Positions 30,289 through 40,978 are shown, counted from the stretch's first letter. The stretch: DNA of 64,000 nucleotides from an uncultured Candidatus Rokubacteria bacterium (GCA_963826115.1 CAWGVS010000005.1:1440001-1504000), one strand, 5' to 3'. A program made the numbers and translations. The notes: generated by a model from the letters alone, not told the origin.

Positions 30289-31176
30289 GTGACGCCGGCC
30301 CTGGCCCCGCGGCCGCGCCGGAGCGTCCTCTACCGCATCGGCGTCGACCCCGGCGCGTACGAGGCGGCGCCGACGCTCCACCCGGACGTGCTCCTCTTCG
30401 AGATCGAGGATTCCGTGCCGCCCGGCGACAAGGCGGAGGCGCGCCGCCGCGTGGCTGCGGTCCTGGCCGCCGGCGGCTTCCGCCGTCAGGAGCGGCTCGT
30501 CACGGCGAACGGGCTCGACACGCCGTGGGGCCGCGACGACCTCGTCGCGCTCGCCCGCGTGCCGGTCGACGGGATCGTGCTGGCAAAGACCGAGACGCCC
30601 GAGTCCTTGCGCGAGGCGGACTCGCTGCTCGCGGCCCATGGCGCGCCGCCGACTCTCCGCCTCTGGGCGATGATCGAGACGCCGCGAGGCCTCACGCGCG
30701 CGAACGAGATCGCCGCCGCGACACCGCGGCTCGTCGGGATGACCGTCGGCCTCGGCGACCTTTCGCGCGGGCTCAACGCCTTCCGCCGGCCGGCGCCGCA
30801 TCGGTGGCCGATGGTGCCCGCGCTGGCGGCGATCGTGCTCGCCGCGCGCGCCCACGGCCTGGCGGTCCTCGACAGCTCGTTCCGCGAGCCGAAGGACGCC
30901 GCGGGATTCCGCGAGGCGTGCCTCGCGAGCCGCGAGCTCGGCTTCGACGGCAAGGTCTTCGAGGATCCGGCGCTCATCCCCGTCGCGAACGAGGCCTACG
31001 GGCCGGCGGCCGAGGAGGTCGCGTGGGCGCGCCGGGTCATCGCGGCGCGGGCCGGCGCGACGGCGAGCGGCGAGTACTGGGTCGACGGGCAGCACATCGA
31101 CCCCCAGTACGAGGCGCTCGCCGAGCGCATCCTCGCCTACGCCGCGGCCGTCGCCGCCATCGATTCCGCTCGCTAA
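30289..31176 (+). CDS. CitE/malyl-CoA lyase-like (HpcH/HpaI) protein
   Basis: RRSVLY, EIEDSV, MIETPRG, LGFDGK, GQHID. Confidence 0.85.
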   Translation: MTPALAPRPRRSVLYRIGVDPGAYEAAPTLHPDVLLFEIEDSVPPGDKAEARRRVAAVLAAGGFRRQERLVTANGLDTPWGRDDLVALARVPVDGIVLAKTETPESLREADSLLAAHGAPPTLRLWAMIETPRGLTRANEIAAATPRLVGMTVGLGDLSRGLNAFRRPAPHRWPMVPALAAIVLAARAHGLAVLDSSFREPKDAAGFREACLASRELGFDGKVFEDPALIPVANEAYGPAAEEVAWARRVIAARAGATASGEYWVDGQHIDPQYEALAERILAYAAAVAAIDSAR

Positions 31177-31190
31177 TGTCGGGCTCGCGG

Positions 31191-31219
31191 TTGACCGGCC
31201 TCGGCCCGCGTGCTAGCGT
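31191..31219 (+). promoter_or_regulatory. Sigma70-like promoter
   Basis: TTGACC-17 bp-TAGCGT upstream of the enolase-family gene. Confidence 0.55.
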
Positions 31220-31287
31220 CGCCGCCGTTCTCGCCCGCACCGCGCGCGGCCCGTCCAGGAACGCAGGGCGAATCGAAGGACCGGTGG

Positions 31288-32409
31288 ATGCGAATCACTG
31301 ACGTCGAGGCGATCGTCCTGCGGCGCCACGAGCCGGCGCGCGACATCTCCGACGGGACGCAGGACGCCCTCGTCGTCCGCATCACGACCGACGACGGCCT
31401 GGTCGGGATCGGCGAGGTGGACTCCTCCCCCGAGGTCGTCAAGGCGGCCATCGAGGCGCCCAAGTCCCATCTCACTTCCTGCGGGCTCCGTCAGCTGCTC
31501 CTCGGCGAGGACCCGCGCGACGTCGCCCGGCTGTGGGAGAAGTGCTACCGGGGGTCCCTCTACTTTGGCCGCCGGGGCGTCGGCATCCACGCCCTCAGCG
31601 GGATCGACATCGCGCTCTGGGACCTCGCGGGCAAGGCCGCCGGCCAGCCGGTGTGGCGGCTCCTCGGCGGCGCGTACCGGGACCGCGTCCGCGCGTACGC
31701 GTCGACCCTGATGCCGAACACACCGGTCGAAGCGGGCCGCGAGGCCCAGAAATGGGCCGCGCAGGGCTTCACGGCCGTCAAGCTCGGATGGGGCGGGTTC
31801 GGCCGGTCCCTCACCAACGACGTCGCGCTCGTCGAGGCGGCGCGCGCCGCGGTGGGCGACCGCGTCGAGCTGATGTTCGACATCGGCCTCGTGTGGGACG
31901 GGTCGACGGCAATCCACCAGGTCCGGCGCATGGAGCGCTTCCGGCCCTACTGGATCGAGGAGCCGCTCCCGCCCGACGACCTCGCCGCGTATCGGCGCCT
32001 GGCCGACTCCGTCGACACGCGCATCGCCGCCGGCGAGCAGTCGGTCACGCGCTGGGACTTCGTGGAGCTCTTGGAGCGAGGGCGGGTCGACGTGATCCAG
32101 CCCGACCTCGCCCACGCCGGCGGGATCACCGAGACCCGCCGCATCGCCGAGCTGGCGCGGCTCCGCGACGTCCTCACCGTGCCGCACGCGTTCAAGACGG
32201 GCATCCTCAAGGCGGCGACCCTCCACTTCCTGGCCGCCCTGCCCGAGGCTCCGTTCCTCGAGTTCTGCGTCTGGGACTCGCCTCTGGCCCACGATCTCAC
32301 CGAGCCGCGCTTCTGGATCGAGCGCGACGGCACGGTCGCGGTGCCCCAGGGTCCCGGGCTCGGCATCACTTTGAACGACGAGGTCATCGAGCGCTACCGA
32401 GTGGCGTGA
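31288..32409 (+). CDS. Mandelate racemase/muconate lactonizing enzyme family
   Basis: SGIDIALWDL, WIEEP, AAGE, IQPD, PGLG. Confidence 0.92.
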   Translation: MRITDVEAIVLRRHEPARDISDGTQDALVVRITTDDGLVGIGEVDSSPEVVKAAIEAPKSHLTSCGLRQLLLGEDPRDVARLWEKCYRGSLYFGRRGVGIHALSGIDIALWDLAGKAAGQPVWRLLGGAYRDRVRAYASTLMPNTPVEAGREAQKWAAQGFTAVKLGWGGFGRSLTNDVALVEAARAAVGDRVELMFDIGLVWDGSTAIHQVRRMERFRPYWIEEPLPPDDLAAYRRLADSVDTRIAAGEQSVTRWDFVELLERGRVDVIQPDLAHAGGITETRRIAELARLRDVLTVPHAFKTGILKAATLHFLAALPEAPFLEFCVWDSPLAHDLTEPRFWIERDGTVAVPQGPGLGITLNDEVIERYRVA

Positions 32410-32491
32410 GCCCGCGCCGGAGGGTCGCGGGCGCCACTGCCCGGGCCGCTGGCGGGCGAGCTGATCCGGGACGCGCCGTCGCGTCGGGCCG

Positions 32492-33250
32492 CTACCGGTC
32501 CAGGAACAGGCCGCCGCTCAGGTTCAGGTTGGCGCCCGTGACGTAGCTCGCCTCGTCGGAGGCGAGGAAGACCACGCACGCCGCCACCTCGTCCACCGTC
32601 CCCTCGCGGCCGAGCGGGATGCGGAGGTCGGGGAGCGTCGAGCCCGCGGTGCCGCCCATCTCCGTCGTGATGAGACCGGGCGCGATCGCGTTGACGCGGA
32701 TCCCGTGGGGGGCGAGCTCCTTCGCGAGGGAGCGCGTGATCGACACGAGCCCCGCCTTCGACGCCGCGTAGTGGGCGCACGGGTTGATGCCGCCGCTCCA
32801 CGCCGCGTCCGAGGCGACGTTGACGATGGCCCCGCCCTGCCCGCGAGCCCGCATCGCGCGCGCGGCGGCCTGGGCGCAGAAGAACGCGCCCTTCAGGTTC
32901 ACGTCGAGGAGGCGGTCCCAGTCCGCCTCCTCCATGTCGAGGGCGGGGCGGCGCTCGAAGAGCCCCGCGTTGTTCACGAGGACGTCGACCCGTCCGAACG
33001 CTCGCTCGGCCGCGTCGACGAGGCCGCGCGCCTCCGCCACGCGGCCGAGGTCCGCGCGGTGCCACGCGGCCCGGCCGCCGAGGGCGGCGATCTCCCCGAG
33101 GACGGCCTTCCCGGCCGCCTCGTCGCGCCCGTTGACGAGGACCGGAGCGCCCTCGCGCGCGCACGCGAGCGCGATCGCGCGCCCGATGCCCCGCGTCGCG
33201 CCCGTGACCACCACGACGCGGCCGTCGAGCCGCCGGCCCGGGCCCGTCAC
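32492..33250 (-). CDS. SDR family oxidoreductase
   Basis: TGATRGIG, NNAG, YAASK, NAIAPG. Confidence 0.93.
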   Translation of the reverse strand: MTGPGRRLDGRVVVVTGATRGIGRAIALACAREGAPVLVNGRDEAAGKAVLGEIAALGGRAAWHRADLGRVAEARGLVDAAERAFGRVDVLVNNAGLFERRPALDMEEADWDRLLDVNLKGAFFCAQAAARAMRARGQGGAIVNVASDAAWSGGINPCAHYAASKAGLVSITRSLAKELAPHGIRVNAIAPGLITTEMGGTAGSTLPDLRIPLGREGTVDEVAACVVFLASDEASYVTGANLNLSGGLFLDR

Positions 33251-33359
33251 CGCGCGCCCTTCGGCTTCCGGGGCGGCGTCGGCTTCGGCCGCGGTCGCCA
33301 GTCCCAGCCGGTCTTCGACGGCCTGGGCTGGCGTGGGCCGCCGGAACGTCGCGTCCCCA

Positions 33360-34040
33360 TCAGGGCCGCCGGAAGGCGATCCGCCCGACGAAGGACTCCG
33401 CGGTGCCCTTGACGTCGTCGGAGTCGATCCCGATCGCGATCGCGCCGGGCTCCTCGGGCTCCTCGCCGAAGATCTTCCGGAAGTCCTCGCGGACGTCGCG
33501 GCGCTCGGTGAGCCACCGGCCGAGATCCGCCGGCCCCGAGCGCACGACGACGTAGGTCACCGTGCCCGTCCGCTGGCTCTTGAACATCGAGCCGACGGGC
33601 GCCGTCGAGTCCCAGATGTACCCGATGATCTGGGAGCGGAGCGCCTGCGGGAACCGGGGCCAGATGACGTAGATCTGGGCGGCCTCGTCGTCGGTGGCGG
33701 CACGGCGGGCGTCCGCGCCCCTCGGCAGGACCGTGACCTTCCAGGTCCACTCGAGGATCGGCGTCTCGGCGAGGCGCACCTTGCCCCGGATGTCCTTGTT
33801 GACGTTGGAGCTGTCGCCCGCGCTCCGGAGCTGGAGCACGCGCTGGCCGTCATGCTCGACCACCGCGAAGTCGTACCGGGGGCTCCCCCAGTCCTGCTTC
33901 GACCAGCCCGGCGGAATGCCCTTCGTCCCGATGGGCACCGCGGACCAGTCCTCGATGACGACGCTGTCCGCGGCCAGGGCGACCGCGGCGGCCAGCACGC
34001 CGGCCTGCGCGATCCCGCGCACCCCGAGCCACCTCCGCAT
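33360..34040 (-). CDS. DUF3047 family exported protein
   Basis: Signal peptide; LEWTWKV, DDEAAQIYV, YIWD, WLTERRDV, DSDD. Confidence 0.78.
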   Translation of the reverse strand: MRRWLGVRGIAQAGVLAAAVALAADSVVIEDWSAVPIGTKGIPPGWSKQDWGSPRYDFAVVEHDGQRVLQLRSAGDSSNVNKDIRGKVRLAETPILEWTWKVTVLPRGADARRAATDDEAAQIYVIWPRFPQALRSQIIGYIWDSTAPVGSMFKSQRTGTVTYVVVRSGPADLGRWLTERRDVREDFRKIFGEEPEEPGAIAIGIDSDDVKGTAESFVGRIAFRRP

Positions 34041-34179
34041 GCGGTTCTCCCCCGTTCGCGCGCCGGGACTCCGTCCGATCCTGCAACGCGCCCGCCCGTC
34101 GCGTGACGCGCTCGGATCTCCAGCATACCGGACGAAGATGGTCCGCGGGAGCCGAAGCGAGCGAAGGGGACGCGCGCGC

Positions 34180-36228
34180 TCAGCGAGCGCCGCGCGCGAG
34201 GGTCACGAGCGCGGCTTCCGCTTCGGCCACGTCCGCGTCGCTGGGCGGCGCGCCGCCGAACCGGGCGCGCTCGTAGAGAAGCGTGACCCGCGTGAAGGCG
34301 GCGCCGGCCGCCGGCCCGAGGCCGGCCACGCGGCCGCTGAACTCCCGCGCCGTCTCGCCCGCCGCGGGGCGGAGGCCCCGCCGGGCGGCGGCACGCAGGG
34401 CGCGGCGGTAGAACCCGGGCGCGCGGCCCTTCCCGGCGACCGGACCGCCGCGGCGGTAGCGCCACCCCGCCCAGAGGCCGAGCGCGCCCACGACGGCCAC
34501 CAGGACGAGCGCCGCCGCGCGCTCCAGCTGGCCGCGCGCCTCGGGTCCGAGCCCGCGCGCCCAGCCACGGAGGCCGGCCAGCCCGAACTGCACCGACTGG
34601 ACCGCGCGGATCTGATCGCGGAGCGTCCAGTTCACCACGTAGCGGTGCCACTGAAGACGCAGGGAGTCGAGGTAGAGGAAGGTCGGCGTCCGCGTCGCCG
34701 TGACGTCGACCGTCGCGCGCGGCGTCGGGTCGAAGGCCACCCAGCCCGCCTCCGGCATGTACGCCTCGACCCAGGAGTGCGCGTCATAGTAGCGCACGAT
34801 GTAGTACTGACCGTAGGGGTTCCACTCGCCGCGCTGGAAGCCGTTGACGACCCGAGCCGGGACGCCGAGGGTCCGCAGCATCACCGCCATCGCCGCCGCG
34901 AAGTACTCGCAGTGTCCGGCCCGGCGGACGAACAGGAACTCCTGAAGCGGATCCAGGGTGCTCACCTTCTCTATGTCGAGCGTGTAGCGGAACCGCGTCC
35001 GGAGGAACGCGTCGAGGCGCCGCGTGATCTCGAACGGGTCCCGGCTGCCGCCCGCGATCTGGCGGGCCAGGGTGGGGATCGCCGGCGCCAGCACGGGCAG
35101 CTGGAGGTATCGCTCGAGGTCGCCCGCGTCCAGCGGGGGCGCGGGCCGGCCGACTCGGCCGTGCCGGATCGACGGGCCCTCGACCTCGGACTCGACCAGG
35201 TAGCGGAGGCGGGCGCCGGGCGACGACGTCGACACCGCTCCCATGTCGTCCGTCGCGAGCACGGAGGTCGACATCGTGACGCGCAGCAGGCGCGCCGCGG
35301 CGAAGAGGACCTCTGATCCGATCGGCTCCAGGAACACCTCCTGGCGGAGGAAGACCCCGTTCCCTTGAAAGAGGGCGACGTCGAAGCCGCCCGCGTTCGG
35401 CCGGACCAGCCGCGTCTGGCGCGGGTACCGGACGCTCCACGCCTGGCCGTCGAAGGTATCGAGCACCACGCCACGCCACCGGAGGTTCGGAAGGCGCTCG
35501 GGCTGGACCTCGTCCGGCAGGCGCACCCGCATGACGACGTTCGAGTCCGTCAGGATGCTCCCGTACGAGCCGAGCTCGACCCGCTCGGAGAAGCCGGTGA
35601 TCATCTGGCCGAGCCGTGCGCGGAGCGGCAAGGTCGCGAGTCCCACCCGCGGCAGCACGAAAAAGAGCCCGCCGGCCACCAGGAACACCGCCACGGCCCC
35701 GAGGGTCGCCAGCCCGACGAGGTACCGCGTGGGCACAGGCTCGCTCGCCGCGCCGGCGGGCGCCGCCGCCGCCTCGCCCACGACGTGCTGGAGGAGCGCG
35801 ATCCAGCTCAGCAGCCCCACGAAGACGACGAACGCGAAGAGGAAGCCCACGCCGAACGCCGAGCCGGAGGACGCCACCAGCATGAAGAAGGCGAGGAACG
35901 CCACGGTCCGCGTGTCCCGCACGGTCTGGAGCGTCGCGAGCTTGTAGAGGGCGAGGAAGAGCAGGAGCCGCACCAGCGCGTCGAGAACGCTCTCCGTGAG
36001 GTACGCCACGTCCACGACCGACGCGAGCGCCGCCACGGGCACCACGTAGCGAGCCCCCCAGAGCCGCCCCGTCGCGCCCAGGCGGCTCTGGACGAGCCAC
36101 GTGCCCACGAGCAGGACGGACACGAGGACGATCCCGCGCCCCTCGAGGAAGTCGCCGAGGTAGAGCGCGAAGAGGCCGTCCCCCACCAGGAGGTACATCG
36201 CGATCCGGAGGGCGAGCGGGAGCGCCAT
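34180..36228 (-). CDS. DUF3488 + transglutaminase-like membrane protein (TgpA-like)
   Basis: N-terminal TMs; Cys-His-Asp triad GHCEYFA, AHSWVE, FDPTP. Confidence 0.9.
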   Translation of the reverse strand: MALPLALRIAMYLLVGDGLFALYLGDFLEGRGIVLVSVLLVGTWLVQSRLGATGRLWGARYVVPVAALASVVDVAYLTESVLDALVRLLLFLALYKLATLQTVRDTRTVAFLAFFMLVASSGSAFGVGFLFAFVVFVGLLSWIALLQHVVGEAAAAPAGAASEPVPTRYLVGLATLGAVAVFLVAGGLFFVLPRVGLATLPLRARLGQMITGFSERVELGSYGSILTDSNVVMRVRLPDEVQPERLPNLRWRGVVLDTFDGQAWSVRYPRQTRLVRPNAGGFDVALFQGNGVFLRQEVFLEPIGSEVLFAAARLLRVTMSTSVLATDDMGAVSTSSPGARLRYLVESEVEGPSIRHGRVGRPAPPLDAGDLERYLQLPVLAPAIPTLARQIAGGSRDPFEITRRLDAFLRTRFRYTLDIEKVSTLDPLQEFLFVRRAGHCEYFAAAMAVMLRTLGVPARVVNGFQRGEWNPYGQYYIVRYYDAHSWVEAYMPEAGWVAFDPTPRATVDVTATRTPTFLYLDSLRLQWHRYVVNWTLRDQIRAVQSVQFGLAGLRGWARGLGPEARGQLERAAALVLVAVVGALGLWAGWRYRRGGPVAGKGRAPGFYRRALRAAARRGLRPAAGETAREFSGRVAGLGPAAGAAFTRVTLLYERARFGGAPPSDADVAEAEAALVTLARGAR

Positions 36229-37340
36229 CAGCTCGCGTCCAGCGCGATGCGGATCTCGCGCAGGTCGGCGTCGAGCGTCGCAGCATCCTCGGCCGGTCGG
36301 CCGGGCGGCGCGTAGAGAGCCAGCGCGGTCAGGATGCGGCGCTCGTGCGCGCGCCCGCGCCCGACGGGCACCATCCCCGCCGCGCCGGCCAGCGCGACGC
36401 CGGTGCCGCCGCGGAGGAGGTGCACCGCGAATGACGCCGCCTCGGAGAGCGCGCGCTCGAGGTGCTCGCCGCCGGTCCCGCCCGTGCCGGTGAGGACGAT
36501 GCGCGTGTCCTCGGTCGCGTCCTCCTCCAGCTCCCGCACCATGAGGCTCCCCGACTTCGCGGTGGTGGGCCAGTGGATGAGGTGGGGCTCGTCCCCCGCC
36601 CGGTACGCGCGGAGATTGTAGAGGTCGTGGCCGCGCCCCCGCCGGCGCGCCGCCGCCTCGCCGCTCGCGGCCTGACGGATCTCCCGCGGCCGCACGGGGT
36701 GGACGGCCGGGTAGACGAGCACCTCCTCGTCGTAGAGGAGCGGCGGGCCCGTCTTGACGAAGAGGCCGAACGGGAACGCGGTGGCGGCGCGGAGCCGCGG
36801 CAGCCGCCGTCGGCCGCGCGCGGCGAACGTGACCTCCCATCCGACGACCCGCTCCTCCCCCGCCGGGATCCGCGGCAAGTACGCGAGCCGGCGCGGGGCG
36901 CCGAGCCCCCGGCGGTCCTTGAGGCCGATGGCGCGGAGCCGATCGTCGAGCGTCCGCCGGGGAAGCCAGCGAGTCAGGAGCCCCCGCCGGCGCGTGAGCG
37001 GACGGTCCAGCGCCTCGAGCGCAACGGAGTACGACGCGAGCCGGCGTTTCCGGTTCGCGAGCGCGATCGTGACGAGCGCGGGCTGGGTCGCGTGGATGGT
37101 GTCGGGCACGGAGACGGCGACGTGAAGCCCGCGGACCGTCAGGTCGGAGAGCATCCCCGACACGATGATGAGGGCGAGGAGCATCGAGCAGAGGAGGTAC
37201 GCGAGGTTGTTCCCGGTGTTGACGGCGGCGACGCCGAGTCCGACCGCCGCGAGCACGCACCACCAGCCGTCGCGCGTCGGCCGGATGGCCTTCGTGCGCC
37301 GCCACCACCAGCTCGCGAAACGCCGCGCGAGCTGGATCAT
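36228..37340 (-). CDS. DUF58 domain protein
   Basis: NTGNNLAY, FPFGLF, LRAYRAGD, IHWPTTAK. Confidence 0.9.
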   Translation of the reverse strand: MIQLARRFASWWWRRTKAIRPTRDGWWCVLAAVGLGVAAVNTGNNLAYLLCSMLLALIIVSGMLSDLTVRGLHVAVSVPDTIHATQPALVTIALANRKRRLASYSVALEALDRPLTRRRGLLTRWLPRRTLDDRLRAIGLKDRRGLGAPRRLAYLPRIPAGEERVVGWEVTFAARGRRRLPRLRAATAFPFGLFVKTGPPLLYDEEVLVYPAVHPVRPREIRQAASGEAAARRRGRGHDLYNLRAYRAGDEPHLIHWPTTAKSGSLMVRELEEDATEDTRIVLTGTGGTGGEHLERALSEAASFAVHLLRGGTGVALAGAAGMVPVGRGRAHERRILTALALYAPPGRPAEDAATLDADLREIRIALDAS

Positions 37341-37393
37341 TCAGCTCGGGCCCGGCGCCTCGGGTCAGCGCGCGACACCCGGCACCCCTCGGG

Positions 37394-38338
37394 TCAGCGG
37401 GGAACCGCGACGTCCTGGACGATCGTGCGGATCACCGCCTCCGCGCCCGCGCCGGCGCCGTCGGCCGCCGAGCCCGCCAGCAGCACCCGGTGCGCGAGGG
37501 CGGGCACCGCCAGGCGCTTCACGTCGTCGGGGACGATGAAGTCGCGCCCGTCGGCGAGCGCGTGGGCCCGCGCCGCGCGGAGGAGCGCGAGCGAGCCGCG
37601 CGGGCTCACGCCGAGCGACAGCATGCGCGAGCGGCGCGTCGCGGTCACGATCGCCAGCACGTAGTCCACGATCGACTCGTCGGCCCGGACCTCCTCGGCC
37701 GCTTCCTGGAGCTCGACCACGTCGGCGCCGTCGAGCACGGTCTCGAGCGTCTCCACCACCGGCGTCGCCGAGCCGCGGAGAATCGTGCGCTCGTCGACCT
37801 CGCTCGGGTACCCGATACGGATCCGCAGAAGGAAGCGGTCGAGCTGGGACTCCGGCAAGGGGAACGTCCCCGCGTGCTCCCGCGGGTTCTGGGTCGCCAG
37901 CACCATGAAGGGGCGCGGCAGGGCGTGGGTCGTGTGGTCGAGCGAGACCTGCGCCTCGTTCATCGCCTCGAGGAGGCTCGACTGCGTCTTGGGCGTCGTG
38001 CGGTTGATCTCGTCGGCCAGGACGATGTTCGTGAAGATCGGGCCTGGCTTGAACACGAACTCGTGCTTGTCCGGCTCGTAGACGGCCACGCCGAGGACGT
38101 CGGACGGGAGCATGTCCGACGTGAACTGGATCCGCTGGAACCCGGCGCCGATGGACCGCGCGATCGCCGCCGCCAGCGTCGTCTTGCCCACCCCCGGCAC
38201 GTCCTCGATCAGGAGGTGGCCCCGGGCCAGGAGCCCGACCACGGCCAGCCGGACGACGTCTGCCTTCCCGACGAGGGCACGTGACACATTGGCCTCGAGG
38301 CGGCCGATCCGGGCATGAAGGTCCCGGGAGATTGCCAT
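37394..38338 (-). CDS. moxR: MoxR family AAA+ ATPase
   Basis: [35 protein letters not shown]. Confidence 0.95.
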   Translation of the reverse strand: MAISRDLHARIGRLEANVSRALVGKADVVRLAVVGLLARGHLLIEDVPGVGKTTLAAAIARSIGAGFQRIQFTSDMLPSDVLGVAVYEPDKHEFVFKPGPIFTNIVLADEINRTTPKTQSSLLEAMNEAQVSLDHTTHALPRPFMVLATQNPREHAGTFPLPESQLDRFLLRIRIGYPSEVDERTILRGSATPVVETLETVLDGADVVELQEAAEEVRADESIVDYVLAIVTATRRSRMLSLGVSPRGSLALLRAARAHALADGRDFIVPDDVKRLAVPALAHRVLLAGSAADGAGAGAEAVIRTIVQDVAVPR

Positions 38339-38481
38339 GGCGCGATTATCCCATGCAGGGGGCGTGCCGGCCGGCCGCCCGCCGAGGACCGGCCGCCAGG
38401 ACCTCCAGCTCCCTCTCGACCGATGACCCCGAGGGCCGCATTCCTCCAGTCATGAGGAGACTTTCCAGGGCGGCGGAAGGC

Positions 38482-39687
38482 TCAGCGCCGGGCGGGACCC
38501 AGGGTGACCCTCAGGGCCTCGAGGCCCCGGAGGGTGCTGGACGGTCGCCAGACCGGACGCTCCTCGTCAAGAGCGATGGCCGGGAATCGTCGGAGGAGCG
38601 TCCCCAGAGCGACCTGGGTCTCGAGCCGCGCGAGCGAGGCCCCGAGACAATAGTGGATCCCCGAGCCGAAGCCCAGATGCCGCGGCTCGGCCCTGCCGAG
38701 ATCGAGGCGGTCCGGATCGGCGAACTGCGCGGGGTCGCGGTTCGCCGCGCCGAGGAGGCCGAGGACCAGGGTCCCCACGGGAATCGGCACGCCGCCGATC
38801 TCGGCGTCCTCGGCCGCCATCCGCCCCGACCGCTGGACCGGCCCGTCGTATCGCAGGAGTTCCTCGACCGCGGGCGCAAGGAGCGCCGGGTCGTCTTGTA
38901 GCCGGCGGCGCTCGTCCGGGTGGCGAAGGAGCGCGAGAAGCCCGTTGCCGATGAGATTCACCGTCGTCTCGTGGCCCGCGACGTAGAGGAGGACGCACGT
39001 CGCCAGGAGCTCCGCCTCCGTGAGCCGGTCCCCGGCCTCCTCGGCCTCGACGAGCCCGCTGAGGAGATCCGCCCCCGGCCGGCGCCGGCGCTCCTCGGCG
39101 AGCTCGCGGAAATAGCCCGACATCGCCTTCGTCGCGTGGCGGCCGCGCTCGATCACGTCGGGGCCGACCGGCAGCGCGATCGCGTCCAGCGACCGCGCGA
39201 TGTCGCGGGACCATGCCTTGACCTCGTCGGTGTGGCCCGCGGGCACCCCGAGGAGCTCCGAGATGACCGTCACCGGCAAGGGATAGGCGAGGTCCTCGAT
39301 GACATCCATCCGGCCGGCCCCGGCAACGCGCGCGAGCAAGCGGTCCACGATCCCCTGGATGTGCTCGCGGAGCGTCTCGACGACCCGCGGCGTGAACGCC
39401 TTGCTGACGAGCGCCCGGAGCCGCGTGTGGTCCGGCGGGTCGCGGAACAGCATCGAAAGCGGCATCCAGGACCCGTCCGGGCTCGCGCCGAACCGGCTCT
39501 CGATGAGCGCCCGGTAGCCGCTCTTGCCGAAGCGCGGGTCGCGGAGGAGGGCGGAGACGTCCTCGTACCGCGTCAGCACGTAGAAGCCCAGGGGATGACG
39601 GTGGACGGGATCCGCGGCCCGCAGCCGGTGGTAGACCGGATACGGGTCGGCGAGGAACGCCGGATCCAGGAGGTCGATCTCGTCCAT
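38482..39687 (-). CDS. Cytochrome P450
   Basis: DPPDHTRLR, AGHETT, EELLR, heme motif FGSGIHYCLG. Confidence 0.96.
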   Translation of the reverse strand: MDEIDLLDPAFLADPYPVYHRLRAADPVHRHPLGFYVLTRYEDVSALLRDPRFGKSGYRALIESRFGASPDGSWMPLSMLFRDPPDHTRLRALVSKAFTPRVVETLREHIQGIVDRLLARVAGAGRMDVIEDLAYPLPVTVISELLGVPAGHTDEVKAWSRDIARSLDAIALPVGPDVIERGRHATKAMSGYFRELAEERRRRPGADLLSGLVEAEEAGDRLTEAELLATCVLLYVAGHETTVNLIGNGLLALLRHPDERRRLQDDPALLAPAVEELLRYDGPVQRSGRMAAEDAEIGGVPIPVGTLVLGLLGAANRDPAQFADPDRLDLGRAEPRHLGFGSGIHYCLGASLARLETQVALGTLLRRFPAIALDEERPVWRPSSTLRGLEALRVTLGPARR

Positions 39688-39967
39688 CAAGTCGTCCCGT
39701 CCGACGAGGCGAGTCTAGCGCGGACCGCCGCCACGGGGCGTCACGGAAAATTCACTTCGCGTTGACACGGCCGCCACGACGACGAGCGATCCTCGGGCTG
39801 CCGGCCTTGCCAGGCCGGAGGAGGTCCGCCATGACGACACGACTGCTCCGCGCCATCCCCGCACCATCGGTCTTCCCCGCCCCCGGCGTCGCCGCCGGCC
39901 TCCAGCGCGCCGCGACGGCAGCTCGCACGGAGGACCGGCACCGGGACACGCGGTCCCGGTCTCGACC

Positions 39968-40906
39968 CTACCCGAAGATCGACTCCGGGATGAAGGCGGA
40001 GACGATCCAGTTCGGCGCGTCGACGATCTCGCTGATCCGGAGGTCCGCGGCGACGCTCGCGACCACGTAGGCCTCCTCGCGCGTCAGGCCGCGCTCGGCC
40101 GCCAGGTGGTCGACCAGGTAGCGGATCGCCTGCTGGGCTGACAGGAACAGGTCGGGGCCGTGGGCCGTCGTGGCGAACTCGGCGCCGCGGCTCGGCTGGG
40201 GCCCACCCGTCCGGAACTGCGGCTCGCGGAGCGGGCGTCCCTGGCGGAGCCCGACGCGTAGCGTGACGCGGGCGGACATCTCCACGGCGCTGATGCAGAC
40301 CTCGCCGTCGCCCTGGGCGCCGTGGCCGTCGCCGACGGACAGGAGGCCGCCGTCGACCCACACGGGGAGGTAGACGGTCGCGCCGGCGGTGAGCTGCCGG
40401 ATGTCCATGTTGCCGCCGTTCTTCCGTGGCGGCATCGTCGAGTGCCCGCCGGGCTCGTCGAGCGCGGTCCCCATGACCCCGGGGAACGGCGCGAGCGGGA
40501 CGGCCACGCGGGCGCCCGAGCGGGCGCGCATTCGCGCGAAGGCGCCGTCCTCGAGGTTCCAGATCTGGAGGAACGACTCCGGGAACTCGGCCTCCGGCAG
40601 GAGCCCGCGGCCCGGGCGGATGTGAGTCCAGCCGAACGGCGCCGGCTCCATCGCCAGGATGTCGACCACCAGGACGTCGCCGGGGCGGGCGCCGCGCACC
40701 GCGATCGGGCCCGTGAGCGGGTGCCCCTTCACCGGGCCACGCGCGGCCGTGTCCCGGCTGGTCGAGGCCGGCGTGTAGTAGCCGTCGGCGGCGTCGCGGG
40801 TGTCGGCGACGATGGTGTCGCCGGGGTCCACTTCGAGGCGCGGCGGGATCCCGTTGTTCCACTCGTAGTGCACGACGCTCGAGTCGAGCCGGTGAGTCGC
40901 GGCCAT
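39968..40906 (-). CDS. Acetamidase/formamidase family protein
   Basis: GGAGG RBS; HPLTGP, GGNMD, GDGHGAQGDGE. Confidence 0.92.
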   Translation of the reverse strand: MAATHRLDSSVVHYEWNNGIPPRLEVDPGDTIVADTRDAADGYYTPASTSRDTAARGPVKGHPLTGPIAVRGARPGDVLVVDILAMEPAPFGWTHIRPGRGLLPEAEFPESFLQIWNLEDGAFARMRARSGARVAVPLAPFPGVMGTALDEPGGHSTMPPRKNGGNMDIRQLTAGATVYLPVWVDGGLLSVGDGHGAQGDGEVCISAVEMSARVTLRVGLRQGRPLREPQFRTGGPQPSRGAEFATTAHGPDLFLSAQQAIRYLVDHLAAERGLTREEAYVVASVAADLRISEIVDAPNWIVSAFIPESIFG

Positions 40907-40978
40907 GCAGGACCTCCTCCGGAGCGGGACGGTCTCGAGGCGCACGCGGCCTCGCGGGCGGTAGTGTATCGTACCCGC

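Noticed and set aside
37358-37400. Duplicated CCTCGGGTCAGCG near the moxR stop
   Set aside because: Short GC-rich duplication with no evidence of function
38482-39687. P450 or ATP-grasp genes as part of a RiPP/biosynthetic cluster
   Set aside because: No credible precursor peptide, synthase or exporter nearby
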